Of a stretch of DNA of 64,000 bases, positions 41,819-51,452 are shown one piece after another. The translations under genes were made by a program, and so were the position numbers. The notes under the pieces are model-generated. The model ran no database searches. It had not been told where the DNA came from and worked only from the letters and a program-made list of their open reading frames with translations. Source of the DNA: Minisyncoccota bacterium (GTDB lineage: Bacteria; Patescibacteriota; Minisyncoccia; Phycocordibacterales; Phycocordibacteraceae); the NCBI GenBank assembly GCA_022842945.1, contig JALHOO010000001.1, forward strand, positions 93,830 to 157,829. Direction: 5' to 3'. The first letter of the stretch is position 1; every line of letters starts with the position of its first letter.

Positions 41819-41900
41819 CACACACTCCTGTTCAGGACGAAACTGTCCAAATATATTGTACAATATTCGCAATATAATGCAAATACCGTAGAATAGATAC

Positions 41901-44735
41901 ATGAAGAACGACACGGCATTCAATACGAGCTACGCGATGCTCGACAGCGCTCAGAAGCTTGCCGTAGACACGGTAGAAGGACCAGTGCTGGTTATCGCGG
42001 GACCGGGCACCGGAAAGACCCACATCCTCACGCTCCGCATCGCAAACATCCTCAAGGAGACTCAGGCAAATGCCTCACAAATCCTCGTCCTCACGTTCAC
42101 CGAGTCAGCGGCGAGAACCGTCCGCCAGCGCCTCGGTACACTCATTGGCGAGAAGACCGCCCGCGAGGTATTCATATCAACCTTCCATGGCTTCGCAAAC
42201 CACATCCTTGAAGAGTACGCAGACTTCTTCCCAGAGTGGGCCGGGAAGCGCCAAGCAGGAGACGTGGAGGCAACGCTTCTCTGGAGAGAGGTGCTTGAGA
42301 ACGAGGAGCTCGTACACCTGCGTACCCCGAAGTCTCCATTCTTCTACCTACGCGATCTTGCACGCCTGCGGGACGAGCTCGCTCGCGAGCGCATAACTCT
42401 CGACGACTACCGCGCCTGGGCAAAGGAAGAAGAGGACCGCCAGCGCAACGACGAGTCTAACTACTACACCCGCGACTCAAAGTACGGAAAGAAGGGAGAC
42501 CTGAAGCCAGACGGCGCAAAGAAGATTGCGCGTCTCGAGAAGGTATACGAAGCCGCACGACTCATAGAAGCGTATGACCGCCTTAAAGACGAGCATGATC
42601 TCTACGACTTCACCGATGTGCTTCGAATCGTAACGGACAGACTCGCTACAGACGAGGCACTGCGCACTACGCTCCAAGAGCAGTACCAGTACGTGCTTGC
42701 AGACGAGCACCAGGACGCAAACGCTCTCCAGCATGCATTCCTCGACAGCCTCGCCTATGACGAGCACCCGAACCTGTTTGTTGTGGGGGATGAGAAGCAG
42801 GCTATATTCCGCTTCCAGGGAGCTGACTCCTCGCACTTCGGCGAGTTCCTTGAGAACTACCCACGCACCACCGTTGTTGAACTCAAGACAAGCTACCGTT
42901 CCCTAGGACCCATCCTTGAGGCCGCACACAGCTTAACCAGTGGCATTCCTACAAGTCGTGGGGAACATCAGACCCTTTCGGCACACCGTGCTGAAGGAAC
43001 CGCACTCCTCAGTCTTCTGCCGGCAGAGGATCCACTCGCTGAGCGGGACCAGGTTAGCGGACTCGTTGAGACTGCTATTAAAGAAGGTGTACGTCCTGAA
43101 GAGATTGCTGTTATAGCTCGTACGAACGCAAACGCTGACGTGTTTGCGGATCATCTCGCCGCACGCAGTATCCCAACCCTTCGTGCAGGAGACGTGTCCC
43201 TCTCCTCGCGCCCTATAATCCGCTCGCTCCAGGCACTCATGCGTGCGGTTGCAGATCCTCTAGACGCGCCGTCTCTTCGAGAAAGCCTCCTTGCTCCGTG
43301 GTGGAGTGCGTCGCTTAAGGAACGGGCACAGTTCCTGCGTGAGACCAGGGACCGCGATCTTCAGACGCTTCTCAAGGAACGATTCCCAGAGATAGAGGAG
43401 GTGGTAGGTACTCTTCAAGAGTCTGTACAGAGACTCGCTCCTCTCGAACTCATATCAAAACTCCTCGAACTCTCAGGAGCGCGTAGCTTCCTTCTTTCGC
43501 ACAAGGAGCACCTCGACGACGTGCTTCTCATCCGTCGCCTCATCATGCACATCGAGGAGTTGGTGCGCCGCGACCCGAACGCCTCGTTCGCAACCGTTAT
43601 TCATGAGCTTAGGAAAGCGCAAGAGCATGGCCTTGAAAGCGTAAAGGCAAGCGTCCTCCAGAAGGAAGGTTTCGTTACGGTTATAACCGCACACAAAGCA
43701 AAGGGTATGGAGTTCGAGCGGGTGTTCCTCGTATCCGCTACAAGCCGCGAGTGGGAGAGCGGAGGACGCTCAGCAACCATACCGTCTCCGCTTGCGCAGA
43801 AGGCACAGGCAGAGGACGCCGTGAAGCTGTTCTATGTAGCGCTCACACGTGCAAAGAACGCCCTCACTATTTCATACGCGACACAGACCGGAGAAGGAAA
43901 GGACCTCTCTCCTTCATCTCTCATTCCAGACGGACTGAACGTTATCACACCAGACGTTGATCTGCTCCCACTCATGCACTCAACGGTAGACGCGTCAGAG
44001 CTGGTCCGCGACCTTACCCGCCACTACCTCACCCATGACGGTCTCTCTCCGTCTGCACTTAACGAGTATCTAGAATCGCCTGCAACCTTCTTCGCCAAGC
44101 GCGTGCTAAAGCTCAGAGAACCAGAAGTCCCGGCCCTAACTATAGGAACCGCCGTACATGCTGGTATCGCATCCTTCCTTGAAGAGAAGAACGAAGAGAA
44201 AGCGTTCCAGGTGCTCGATACAACCATGCGCCGTTCGCTTCTTCCAAGGAACTCAGCCTTTGATCGCATCACGGAACACGCCAGAGAGAGTCTTGCAGCA
44301 TACATTGCATATCGCACCGAGCCCGGAACACTTCTTGCTCCTTCCGCTATTGAGGAGGAATACGAGACCAAACGTGTTGTGAGTGGATGCACGGTACGCT
44401 TGAAGGGACAGATAGACGCCCTGTTTGAAACCTCTCTAGGTATCTGCATCGCCGACTTCAAGACCACGAGTGAGGTGAAGGCGGTAGACGAGAAGTATGT
44501 GCGCCAGCTCGCGTTCTACGACCTTCTGGTCCGCGAGAACGGCGGCAACCCCACAAACGCCGCTATCGTGCAGGTTGGTCCAGACGGTGTAAAAGACCAT
44601 GCCGTACCCCTAACGGAAGAGTCCCGTGCTGAACTCGTAGCGGTGCTCGACGAAGTATTAAACGAGCTTCTAAGCGGGAAGTGGAGAGAGGGAACCGCGG
44701 GAGAATACGACGATCTCCTCAAGCTCTTCGCATAA
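41901..44735 (+). CDS. UvrD/PcrA-family helicase with C-terminal PD-(D/E)XK nuclease
   Basis: AGPGTGKT, LTFT, DEHQD, VGDEKQAIFRFQGA, TAHKAKGMEF, YVALTRAK; LSPSAL..GQID..ADFKT..QLAFY. Confidence 0.92.
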   Translation: MKNDTAFNTSYAMLDSAQKLAVDTVEGPVLVIAGPGTGKTHILTLRIANILKETQANASQILVLTFTESAARTVRQRLGTLIGEKTAREVFISTFHGFANHILEEYADFFPEWAGKRQAGDVEATLLWREVLENEELVHLRTPKSPFFYLRDLARLRDELARERITLDDYRAWAKEEEDRQRNDESNYYTRDSKYGKKGDLKPDGAKKIARLEKVYEAARLIEAYDRLKDEHDLYDFTDVLRIVTDRLATDEALRTTLQEQYQYVLADEHQDANALQHAFLDSLAYDEHPNLFVVGDEKQAIFRFQGADSSHFGEFLENYPRTTVVELKTSYRSLGPILEAAHSLTSGIPTSRGEHQTLSAHRAEGTALLSLLPAEDPLAERDQVSGLVETAIKEGVRPEEIAVIARTNANADVFADHLAARSIPTLRAGDVSLSSRPIIRSLQALMRAVADPLDAPSLRESLLAPWWSASLKERAQFLRETRDRDLQTLLKERFPEIEEVVGTLQESVQRLAPLELISKLLELSGARSFLLSHKEHLDDVLLIRRLIMHIEELVRRDPNASFATVIHELRKAQEHGLESVKASVLQKEGFVTVITAHKAKGMEFERVFLVSATSREWESGGRSATIPSPLAQKAQAEDAVKLFYVALTRAKNALTISYATQTGEGKDLSPSSLIPDGLNVITPDVDLLPLMHSTVDASELVRDLTRHYLTHDGLSPSALNEYLESPATFFAKRVLKLREPEVPALTIGTAVHAGIASFLEEKNEEKAFQVLDTTMRRSLLPRNSAFDRITEHARESLAAYIAYRTEPGTLLAPSAIEEEYETKRVVSGCTVRLKGQIDALFETSLGICIADFKTTSEVKAVDEKYVRQLAFYDLLVRENGGNPTNAAIVQVGPDGVKDHAVPLTEESRAELVAVLDEVLNELLSGKWREGTAGEYDDLLKLFA

Positions 44736-44795
44736 GTTGACAATATACACGTAGAGTGCTATATTAATAGCCGGTCTTTGTAAAAGGGTTTGGTG

Positions 44796-45053
44796 ATGCG
44801 TGAAGCGCTGGAAGCGAAACAACGGTCCGTAAGGACCATACTCGTATCCCGCGAACGCCTTCCGGGATACGTCACACTCAAGTTGAAAAGGGTCATGCCG
44901 CAATTACAACGGGCAATTCAAAAATTGACTGAAGCCAGCTACGGCTTCTGCGACGATTGTGACGACACTATTCCTGATAAACGGCTTAAAGCCGTTCCTG
45001 GTGCCACGCGCTGCGTGACGTGCCAAACCCTATCTGAAAGGAGAAAACATTAA
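44796..45053 (+). CDS. TraR/DksA C4-type zinc finger protein
   Basis: YGFCDDCDDTIPDKRLKAVPGATRCVTCQ; own TTGACA-17-TATATT promoter. Confidence 0.82.
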   Translation: MREALEAKQRSVRTILVSRERLPGYVTLKLKRVMPQLQRAIQKLTEASYGFCDDCDDTIPDKRLKAVPGATRCVTCQTLSERRKH

Positions 45054-45709
45054 GCCGCCATCGCAAGATCGGCGGCTTTTTCCTTTGATAAGAATCCTCT
45101 ATATATAAATGCCGGGGACTTCTTTCCCTCCTGCTCCCATTCCCACAGAAGGTCCTTCTCTGTCTCTGTCATATGCGCCTCAGGAAAGTTTCGAATAGGT
45201 ATACGAACGGTAACGAAGCGTATGGCTTCCTTTGGAACAAACCCTGCGCCGCTTCTCACGCGACTTCGCTCTATACCTCCGAATATATGAGTGGATTCAG
45301 GATACTGCTCAAGATAAAAATCATCTGGCTTTTCGAAGCCATAAACGGTAACGATACCGTCCTTATGGCCGTATCCCTCTAGGAATGCATTATCAATACC
45401 TCTGGTGCCGTCCGCTCTTGGGTTCCATACTACCGAGTTTGCGTACGGAAGATTACCCACAAACTGGATTTGTAGTGGCTCGCCCGTGGAGAGTACGCGC
45501 ATAAGCTGCTCAGGGTTCTCGCGACGCACTACGAGGGTTTCCGAAGGTAGTTCACGGTACATGCTCGTAATATCGGTGTACTCATCAAACTCACCACAGT
45601 GTCGTATCTCATTGAGCACCTGCTCTGCAGCTTCAAGTCCCGGTTTCAAAGACTCAGGACTGAACGAATCATCCTTCCTATTCGGAGTTGGGTACTGCTC
45701 TAGACCCAT
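45050..45709 (-). CDS. Hypothetical protein
   Basis: 219-aa ORF co-oriented downstream of the DsbA-like gene. Confidence 0.7.
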   Translation of the reverse strand: MGLEQYPTPNRKDDSFSPESLKPGLEAAEQVLNEIRHCGEFDEYTDITSMYRELPSETLVVRRENPEQLMRVLSTGEPLQIQFVGNLPYANSVVWNPRADGTRGIDNAFLEGYGHKDGIVTVYGFEKPDDFYLEQYPESTHIFGGIERSRVRSGAGFVPKEAIRFVTVRIPIRNFPEAHMTETEKDLLWEWEQEGKKSPAFIYRGFLSKEKAADLAMAA

Positions 45710-45712
45710 ACG

Positions 45713-46408
45713 TTAGCGTGTCTTCGCAAGCGCCTCGTTAATAACCCGCTTCATATCCTCGTACGGAAGCGCACCCTGTATACCAACAGGTTCCTGTCCC
45801 TCAACCAGTACAACGGTATAGGGCGCACCCTCAGCACCCGCCTCCATAGCGTTGGTGCTGTCGTCATAGACCTTCTTGGTAAAGCGGCCGTTCTGTAGAC
45901 AGGTCTCAAACTCAGCCTGCGGAAGTCCAAGCTGTGCGGCTACGCTTGCATAGCCTTCAATAGGGAACTGGCTCTCTCCAGGAGCGGCAGACTGAAGTGC
46001 ATCAATAAAGCGCCAGAACGCATCATCGTCTCCAAGGAATCCAGCGCACTCAGCTGCTTCAGCATGAGAGGCAGCGGCCGCATGCTGGTCTAGAAGCGGG
46101 AAGTGGCGGTATACCCACGCAACCTCGCCTCCTGCAGCGTACTCGCTCATAAGCTGCTGCATGGTTGCCTGGAACTGCTTGCTGTATTCAGAGTCTATGT
46201 CCGCGTACTCAACCAGCTTTACCTTAGCTTCTGGGTTTCCAATGATACGGTCTACGGGACTAACCGGACGGGTCATTTCAGGGGTACCAGCGCCAAGCTT
46301 TGGTGTAGCCTCAGTACGAATCATAAAGATCGCAAACGAGAGGATAAGTCCGGCAAGAATAATAGCGCCCGGGAGGAAGTAATCGTGACGTAGTTTCTGG
46401 GTGTCCAT
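45713..46408 (-). CDS. DsbA/thioredoxin-fold membrane-anchored protein with SXXS in place of CXXC
   Basis: IGNPEAKVKLVEYADIDSEYSKQF, WVYRHFPL, AAECAG, GALPYE. Confidence 0.85.
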   Translation of the reverse strand: MDTQKLRHDYFLPGAIILAGLILSFAIFMIRTEATPKLGAGTPEMTRPVSPVDRIIGNPEAKVKLVEYADIDSEYSKQFQATMQQLMSEYAAGGEVAWVYRHFPLLDQHAAAASHAEAAECAGFLGDDDAFWRFIDALQSAAPGESQFPIEGYASVAAQLGLPQAEFETCLQNGRFTKKVYDDSTNAMEAGAEGAPYTVVLVEGQEPVGIQGALPYEDMKRVINEALAKTR

Positions 46409-46470
46409 GGAAAAATGATAGCACAAGGAGTAATGAGGAACCCCGCGCCATTGCGGACGCGGGGTTTTCT

Positions 46471-46863
46471 TCAGGAAACAAGGGCGACTGGCGGTAAATC
46501 CGCGTGGACGGCGTCCTTCTTGCTGTCTTTCACGATAGCCTTTTTCACCATTGTGGTGTCAGTGATCATGTCACTGACTTCGCGCAGGAGTTTCGCAATT
46601 GCCTCATCGTTGTAGCGGATTCGGACCGGCACCCGATAGAGAGTACACAACATTTGCGAATCGTCCTCCACAAGGGCAACTTCTGCGTTCTTGGAAAACT
46701 GGTGTGTACTGATGTCGAACTGGTTGAGCAGTCGTTTCTTCATCGTCTCAATATCTGAAGGCAACGCAAACCCGTACAGAGTAATCACTGCGAACATGAT
46801 AGCCCCCTCAAAGGTCCAATTGGATACCTGCCATGAAAATAGCACGAAAACCCCAAAAAGCAA
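46471..46863 (-). CDS. Hypothetical membrane protein
   Basis: Two N-terminal hydrophobic segments; abuts upstream gene. Confidence 0.5.
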   Translation of the reverse strand: MLFGVFVLFSWQVSNWTFEGAIMFAVITLYGFALPSDIETMKKRLLNQFDISTHQFSKNAEVALVEDDSQMLCTLYRVPVRIRYNDEAIAKLLREVSDMITDTTMVKKAIVKDSKKDAVHADLPPVALVS

Positions 46864-47442
46864 CTACAGCCCCAACGTATGCGTAAACGCAGAAGGCTCG
46901 GGCTCAATCTGCCACTTCGACGTATCAATCTTGATGTCTCGGATATCCTTCAGGTCTTTGTACTTCAGGCTGCCCTTGGTTAAAGCTCTGTCGTACAGGT
47001 CACGCGTTATCTTCACGTCCTGAATACAGTACTCTCGCACCTTCTCGTACAGTCCCTCATTCCACCACTTAACCGACTCCAGTCCGTTCCCGCTCTTTCC
47101 AATCTTGAGCGTTGCCTCAGCTAAAGACTGAAGGCGTATACGGCGTCCGAGTACCTTCTGCACCTCAACCATAAGGTCTATGGAGCGGATCTTTGTTAAA
47201 TCTCCCGGATAGTACTTATTCAAAAGAGGAACATCGAACGAGTCTGAGTTGTATCCAATGAGGGTGTCGGCCTTCTCAAGAATAGGCCAGAGCTTTGGGA
47301 GCTCGCTCTGATCATAGGAGGAATACTCTCCAGTCTCGGAGTCATGTATCGCTACAACCGCAAGATCAAGACGCGTAACGTCTTGCCGGGCAAGAGAGGG
47401 AAGAATGTTTGAGGTCTCGATGTCGAACGTTATCTCACGCAT
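46864..47442 (-). CDS. RNase H-like / DEDD 3'-5' exonuclease (YprB-like)
   Basis: FDIET, IGYNSDSFD, YCIQDV. Confidence 0.85.
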   Translation of the reverse strand: MREITFDIETSNILPSLARQDVTRLDLAVVAIHDSETGEYSSYDQSELPKLWPILEKADTLIGYNSDSFDVPLLNKYYPGDLTKIRSIDLMVEVQKVLGRRIRLQSLAEATLKIGKSGNGLESVKWWNEGLYEKVREYCIQDVKITRDLYDRALTKGSLKYKDLKDIRDIKIDTSKWQIEPEPSAFTHTLGL

Positions 47443-47444
47443 GT

Positions 47445-48713
47445 CTAGCGAACTATAATGCTTACGAGCTCGTCCTTAGAGACGGCATCCTCCTGTCCGC
47501 TTTCAAGCGTCTTAAGCTTCAGACTGCCGGACGTCGCTTCGTTCTCTCCATAGGCTGCAAAGTACGGAATGCCACGCTTAACCGCCTCCTTAATCTGGTC
47601 TCCGAGGCTCTTTCCCGACACGTTAACCAATACACTCACACCTTGCTTCCTTAGCGAATCTGCAAGCACCTGTGCAGAGGCAATATCGTTCTCGGTTGGG
47701 GTGCCTATAAACAGGCGTGCTCCAGACACTGCCTGTGGAAGGAGATTGTGCGTGGTGAGGAAGTCGATAAGCGTCTCAACACCAATAGCAAACCCAACTG
47801 CCGGTACCTGCTCGCCGCCATAGAGCGCAACCAGTCCGTCATAGCGTCCGCCACCAAGGAGCGCGCGTGGGTTCTCAGGGTTGGTATCAAACACTTCGAA
47901 CACGAGGCCAGTGTAGTAGAGGAAGCCGCGAGCGATGGTGGGATCGAACTCAACGTTATCCATGCCACGCTCCTTAAGGGCCTCGATAAGTTCCATGAAT
48001 TCTTGATACACCGCGTCCACGGATTCGTTGGTGCGAGCTTCAATAAGCTCAAGCGGATCAGTGCCGTTCTTGCGATACACAGCGCGTGCAGTCTCAAAGT
48101 CTTCAGCACTCATCTTGTCCTTGCGATCAATGACAGAGAGGTACTCCGTAACCTCGAGAGGAGAGAGTCCGAGTGCTTCGCCCGCGGCATTAATAAGAGA
48201 ACGGGAGTTCATGCGGATACGGAAGTCCTTGTTCTCTGCACCAAACGCACGCAGTATCTCGTACGCCATAACAACGGCTTCGCCTTCAGCTTTCGCGCCT
48301 TCTATGCCGATAATGTCGACGTCTGCCTGGTAGAACTCGCGGGAACGTCCCTTCTGCGGGCGCTCGTAGCGGAAGCGGTTTCCAATAGAGAACCAGCGAA
48401 GAGGATATACAAGCTCGCGACGGCGTCCAGCAACCATACGTGCCAAGGTTGGGGTCATCTCAGGGCGCAGCGTAACGCGACGGTCCCCACGGTCCGTAAA
48501 GGTATAGGTCTGCTGGCTTACGATCTCTTCTGAGGTCTTGCTCTCGTAGAGCTCTGCGCGCTCAAGGGGAGACGCCTGGTATTCCTCAAACCCGTAGAGA
48601 CGGAGGGTTCTACGGATAGTCTCAAAGACTGAGGACACGCGTGCCCAGTCTAGGGGGTAATAGTCATGTACGCCCTTGTAGGGTTCGGTGGAAAGGGGCT
48701 GCTTGTCGGTCAT
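47445..48713 (-). CDS. hisS: Histidyl-tRNA synthetase
   Basis: LRPEMT, FRYERPQKGRSREFYQ, ARGFLYYTG, GGGRYDGL. Confidence 0.97.
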   Translation of the reverse strand: MTDKQPLSTEPYKGVHDYYPLDWARVSSVFETIRRTLRLYGFEEYQASPLERAELYESKTSEEIVSQQTYTFTDRGDRRVTLRPEMTPTLARMVAGRRRELVYPLRWFSIGNRFRYERPQKGRSREFYQADVDIIGIEGAKAEGEAVVMAYEILRAFGAENKDFRIRMNSRSLINAAGEALGLSPLEVTEYLSVIDRKDKMSAEDFETARAVYRKNGTDPLELIEARTNESVDAVYQEFMELIEALKERGMDNVEFDPTIARGFLYYTGLVFEVFDTNPENPRALLGGGRYDGLVALYGGEQVPAVGFAIGVETLIDFLTTHNLLPQAVSGARLFIGTPTENDIASAQVLADSLRKQGVSVLVNVSGKSLGDQIKEAVKRGIPYFAAYGENEATSGSLKLKTLESGQEDAVSKDELVSIIVR

Positions 48714-48756
48714 GTCCTGATTCTAGCAAATAAAGAGAAAAGCCCTATCCCAGTAT

Positions 48757-49308
48757 CTAGGGGTTCTTTCGATGCTGAAGCTCCGCTATTTCGCTCATGA
48801 TGAGGTCCCGCATACCGGTTGGGTTGTCCACGCCGTCTATAACGAAGTCCTTCGATTCGGTGCCCGCGGTCTGGACACGTACGGAGCCATACCCAAGCAA
48901 GTCTGCAAAGATGCCGTTCACGTCTGTGGTTACGTCCTGAACGCGGGAGAGGAGGAAGCTCGAGACCTCGCGGTTAAAGAAACCATGCTGACGCACGCGT
49001 ACGATACGGTTCGTTGTAATAACCCAGTGGTTCAAGTAGTACTGGGTGAAGATATTGAAACTTCCAATCCACAAGAACACCCACCACAATCCAAGGAACA
49101 TACGGAACCATGGGTTCTCAGCTGTGAACGCTCCAAAGAGCGAAACCGCGTCAGGACTTGCTGCTGCAAACTTCATAAGGAGAGCTGGTACGAATGTCGG
49201 TAACCACGCAAGCAGAAGGAACGGAATCAAAGAGGTAACAAGCACGAACCAGTGCTTCCTGACGGTCCGAGTTACGCGCTCACCTTGATCTAGCTGGAAT
49301 TCTTCCAT
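48757..49308 (-). CDS. Membrane protein with bacterial PH (bPH_2) domain
   Basis: RKHWF, two TMs, ITTNRIV, VQDVT, GYGSVRVQTAG. Confidence 0.8.
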   Translation of the reverse strand: MEEFQLDQGERVTRTVRKHWFVLVTSLIPFLLLAWLPTFVPALLMKFAAASPDAVSLFGAFTAENPWFRMFLGLWWVFLWIGSFNIFTQYYLNHWVITTNRIVRVRQHGFFNREVSSFLLSRVQDVTTDVNGIFADLLGYGSVRVQTAGTESKDFVIDGVDNPTGMRDLIMSEIAELQHRKNP

Positions 49309-49309
49309 A

Positions 49310-49552
49310 TCAGCCGGTGAAGCCACTAACGGCGTAGAGTGCCAGGTACCCTGACACCACTACGTGGGTAATGAGTGCAGGAATTGCTATGGAGGAACGG
49401 TGTCCGTAGCGGAGCCAGTGGTAGGTGGTAATAAGGGTATAGAGCGCCCAGAGGATGAACAACACCGCAAAGACCACGGCCACCACCTGGTCTGCACTCA
49501 CATTCTGGAGAAATGCGGGGAGGGTAAGCGCTTCAAGCGGCTCGGTCTGCAT
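49310..49552 (-). CDS. Small 2-TM hypothetical protein
   Basis: YHWLRYG motif between TMs; coupled to prmC. Confidence 0.65.
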   Translation of the reverse strand: MQTEPLEALTLPAFLQNVSADQVVAVVFAVLFILWALYTLITTYHWLRYGHRSSIAIPALITHVVVSGYLALYAVSGFTG

Positions 49553-50304
49553 TAGTCGTAGTATCCCACGACCACCCGTGGCCTGCCATACAGATCAGTG
49601 CGTATCGCGGCCTCTCTCGCACCTCCTTCCAGAAGGAGATTCTTCGCCTCCTCAATGTTGTCTATATCGCACTCCATCCATAGTTCGCCCCTAGGAAGAA
49701 GATGAGAGGGGGTGTCCCGAGCAATGAAGCGCACGAGGTCTAACCCGTCAGTACCTGCAAAGAGTGCCTCGGAAGGTTCGAAGTCTGTAACGCTCTTCTC
49801 AAGTTCTCGCTCAGAGGGAACGTAGGGCGGATTCGTTGCAATAACGTTGAAGCAGACGTCAGGAAGTGCAGAGAATAGATCTCCTTGGTGCAGTTGTGCA
49901 CGCGACACATCAATATCGTTTATTAAAAGGTTCGCTTGAATCTGCGCCACATGCTCGGGGACGAGCTCTGCAAAATGCACTCGCGCATTGGGAAGTGCAC
50001 AGAGCACACTGATGCCTATAGCTCCAGAACCTGCACACAGATCGAGAAGCGTGAACGGGGAATCTCCAAACTTCTCCTTGAGATGTTCTATAAGATCGAG
50101 TGTCCACCATTCCGTCTCAGGACGGGGAATCAAGGGACGCGTGGCAAGCTCAATGCGTACTCCGCAGAAGGGAATCCAGCCTATGACATAAGCAAGGGGC
50201 TCTCCAGAAGAGAGACGCTGAAGATCCTCCGTCAAATCCGCTGTACGATCTCCATTGTATTTGTCTCGTATGAGGAGCTCTCGCTCCTTGGTGTCGGCTT
50301 CCAT
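49552..50304 (-). CDS. prmC: Release factor glutamine methyltransferase HemK
   Basis: GEPLAYVIG, LIPRPETE, LDLCAGSGAI, NPPY. Confidence 0.92.
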   Translation of the reverse strand: MEADTKERELLIRDKYNGDRTADLTEDLQRLSSGEPLAYVIGWIPFCGVRIELATRPLIPRPETEWWTLDLIEHLKEKFGDSPFTLLDLCAGSGAIGISVLCALPNARVHFAELVPEHVAQIQANLLINDIDVSRAQLHQGDLFSALPDVCFNVIATNPPYVPSERELEKSVTDFEPSEALFAGTDGLDLVRFIARDTPSHLLPRGELWMECDIDNIEEAKNLLLEGGAREAAIRTDLYGRPRVVVGYYD

Positions 50305-50358
50305 ATATCCACTGTACAGGAAATAGCGCGGTTGCGAGAGATGCTAAGCTTTACCCAC

Positions 50359-50799
50359 ATGAAAGCCTTCTACAGCATCCTGTTCTCTGTGTTCTTCCTT
50401 GCACTTGTAGCGTTGAGCTACGTATATCTCTATGACGCAGGACGCCTCGTTACCACTATCCCTTGGACTGACCTCATACTGCTCTCGCTCGCAACCTTCC
50501 GCCTCGTGCGCCTCTTCACGTACGACCACATAACCGCATTTCTGCGGGAGTGGGTGCGTACCTCAAAAGAGGGAACGTTCCTCGGTACAGTCCGCGATCT
50601 TCTCAACTGCCCATGGTGCACGGGTGTATGGTTCGCATTTCTCGCGTATGTAGGATACGCGGTTAGTCGGGACGCGGTTATGCCAGTTATTTTGATCCTC
50701 GCCATTGCAGGACTCGCTTCGTTCTTCCAGGTATTTACGAACCTCGTAGGTTGGAACGCAGAGGACAAGAAGATAGATGTTAAACACAAGGCAGACTAA
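50359..50799 (+). CDS. DUF1360-like membrane protein
   Basis: LATFRLVRLFTYDHIT...LLNCPWCTGVW. Confidence 0.82.
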   Translation: MKAFYSILFSVFFLALVALSYVYLYDAGRLVTTIPWTDLILLSLATFRLVRLFTYDHITAFLREWVRTSKEGTFLGTVRDLLNCPWCTGVWFAFLAYVGYAVSRDAVMPVILILAIAGLASFFQVFTNLVGWNAEDKKIDVKHKAD

Positions 50800-50847
50800 A
50801 TAAGAAAAAGACCCCTCAGTGAGGGGTCTTTTTCTTTCAGGGGCTAA

Positions 50848-51228
50848 TTAGTAGCCGCCCTGGTATCCACCGCTGTTGCCGCCGCCGAAGCCGCCGCCAC
50901 GATTTCCACCACGATCGCCGCCGCCGAAGCCGCCGCGGTTACCGCCACCGAATCCACCCTCGCGAGGAGGACGGTCACCCTGGGGACGAGCCATAGATAC
51001 GGAGAGCATGCGCCCGTCCATCTCCTTGCCATCCCAACGGTCGATAGCAGCCTGGCCTTCAGCCTCAGATGCCATCTCGACGAAGCCGAATCCGCGAGAG
51101 CGGCCGGTCATACGATCGCTGATAATGCTTGCGGATGCTACCTCACCAGCTTCCTGAAAAGCGGTGCGGAGCTCATCCTCGGTCGTGCGGTACGGGATAC
51201 CGCCGACGTATAGTTTGCATGTTGCCAT
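50848..51228 (-). CDS. RRM RNA-binding protein with Gly-rich tail
   Basis: KLYVGGI (RNP2), RSRGFGFVEM (RNP1), GGFGGG repeats. Confidence 0.94.
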   Translation of the reverse strand: MATCKLYVGGIPYRTTEDELRTAFQEAGEVASASIISDRMTGRSRGFGFVEMASEAEGQAAIDRWDGKEMDGRMLSVSMARPQGDRPPREGGFGGGNRGGFGGGDRGGNRGGGFGGGNSGGYQGGY

Positions 51229-51452
51229 GTGGCTTGTAGATTCCTGGATAACCTCGCTGATGCCGAACGCTAGGAGCAATTTGGAGTTTCGGCGAGTTAT
51301 TCGCAGTATGCGATAAATTAGGTTTTCACGCAATGAATGCCTAGGTATAACGGGGATAGCGACACCGCTGCATTTGAATAATGCGATAAATGTGTTAGAA
51401 TGTTTCCAGAAAGCCGCAAGGCTTGATCATTCATACAGACAAAGGAATTTTC

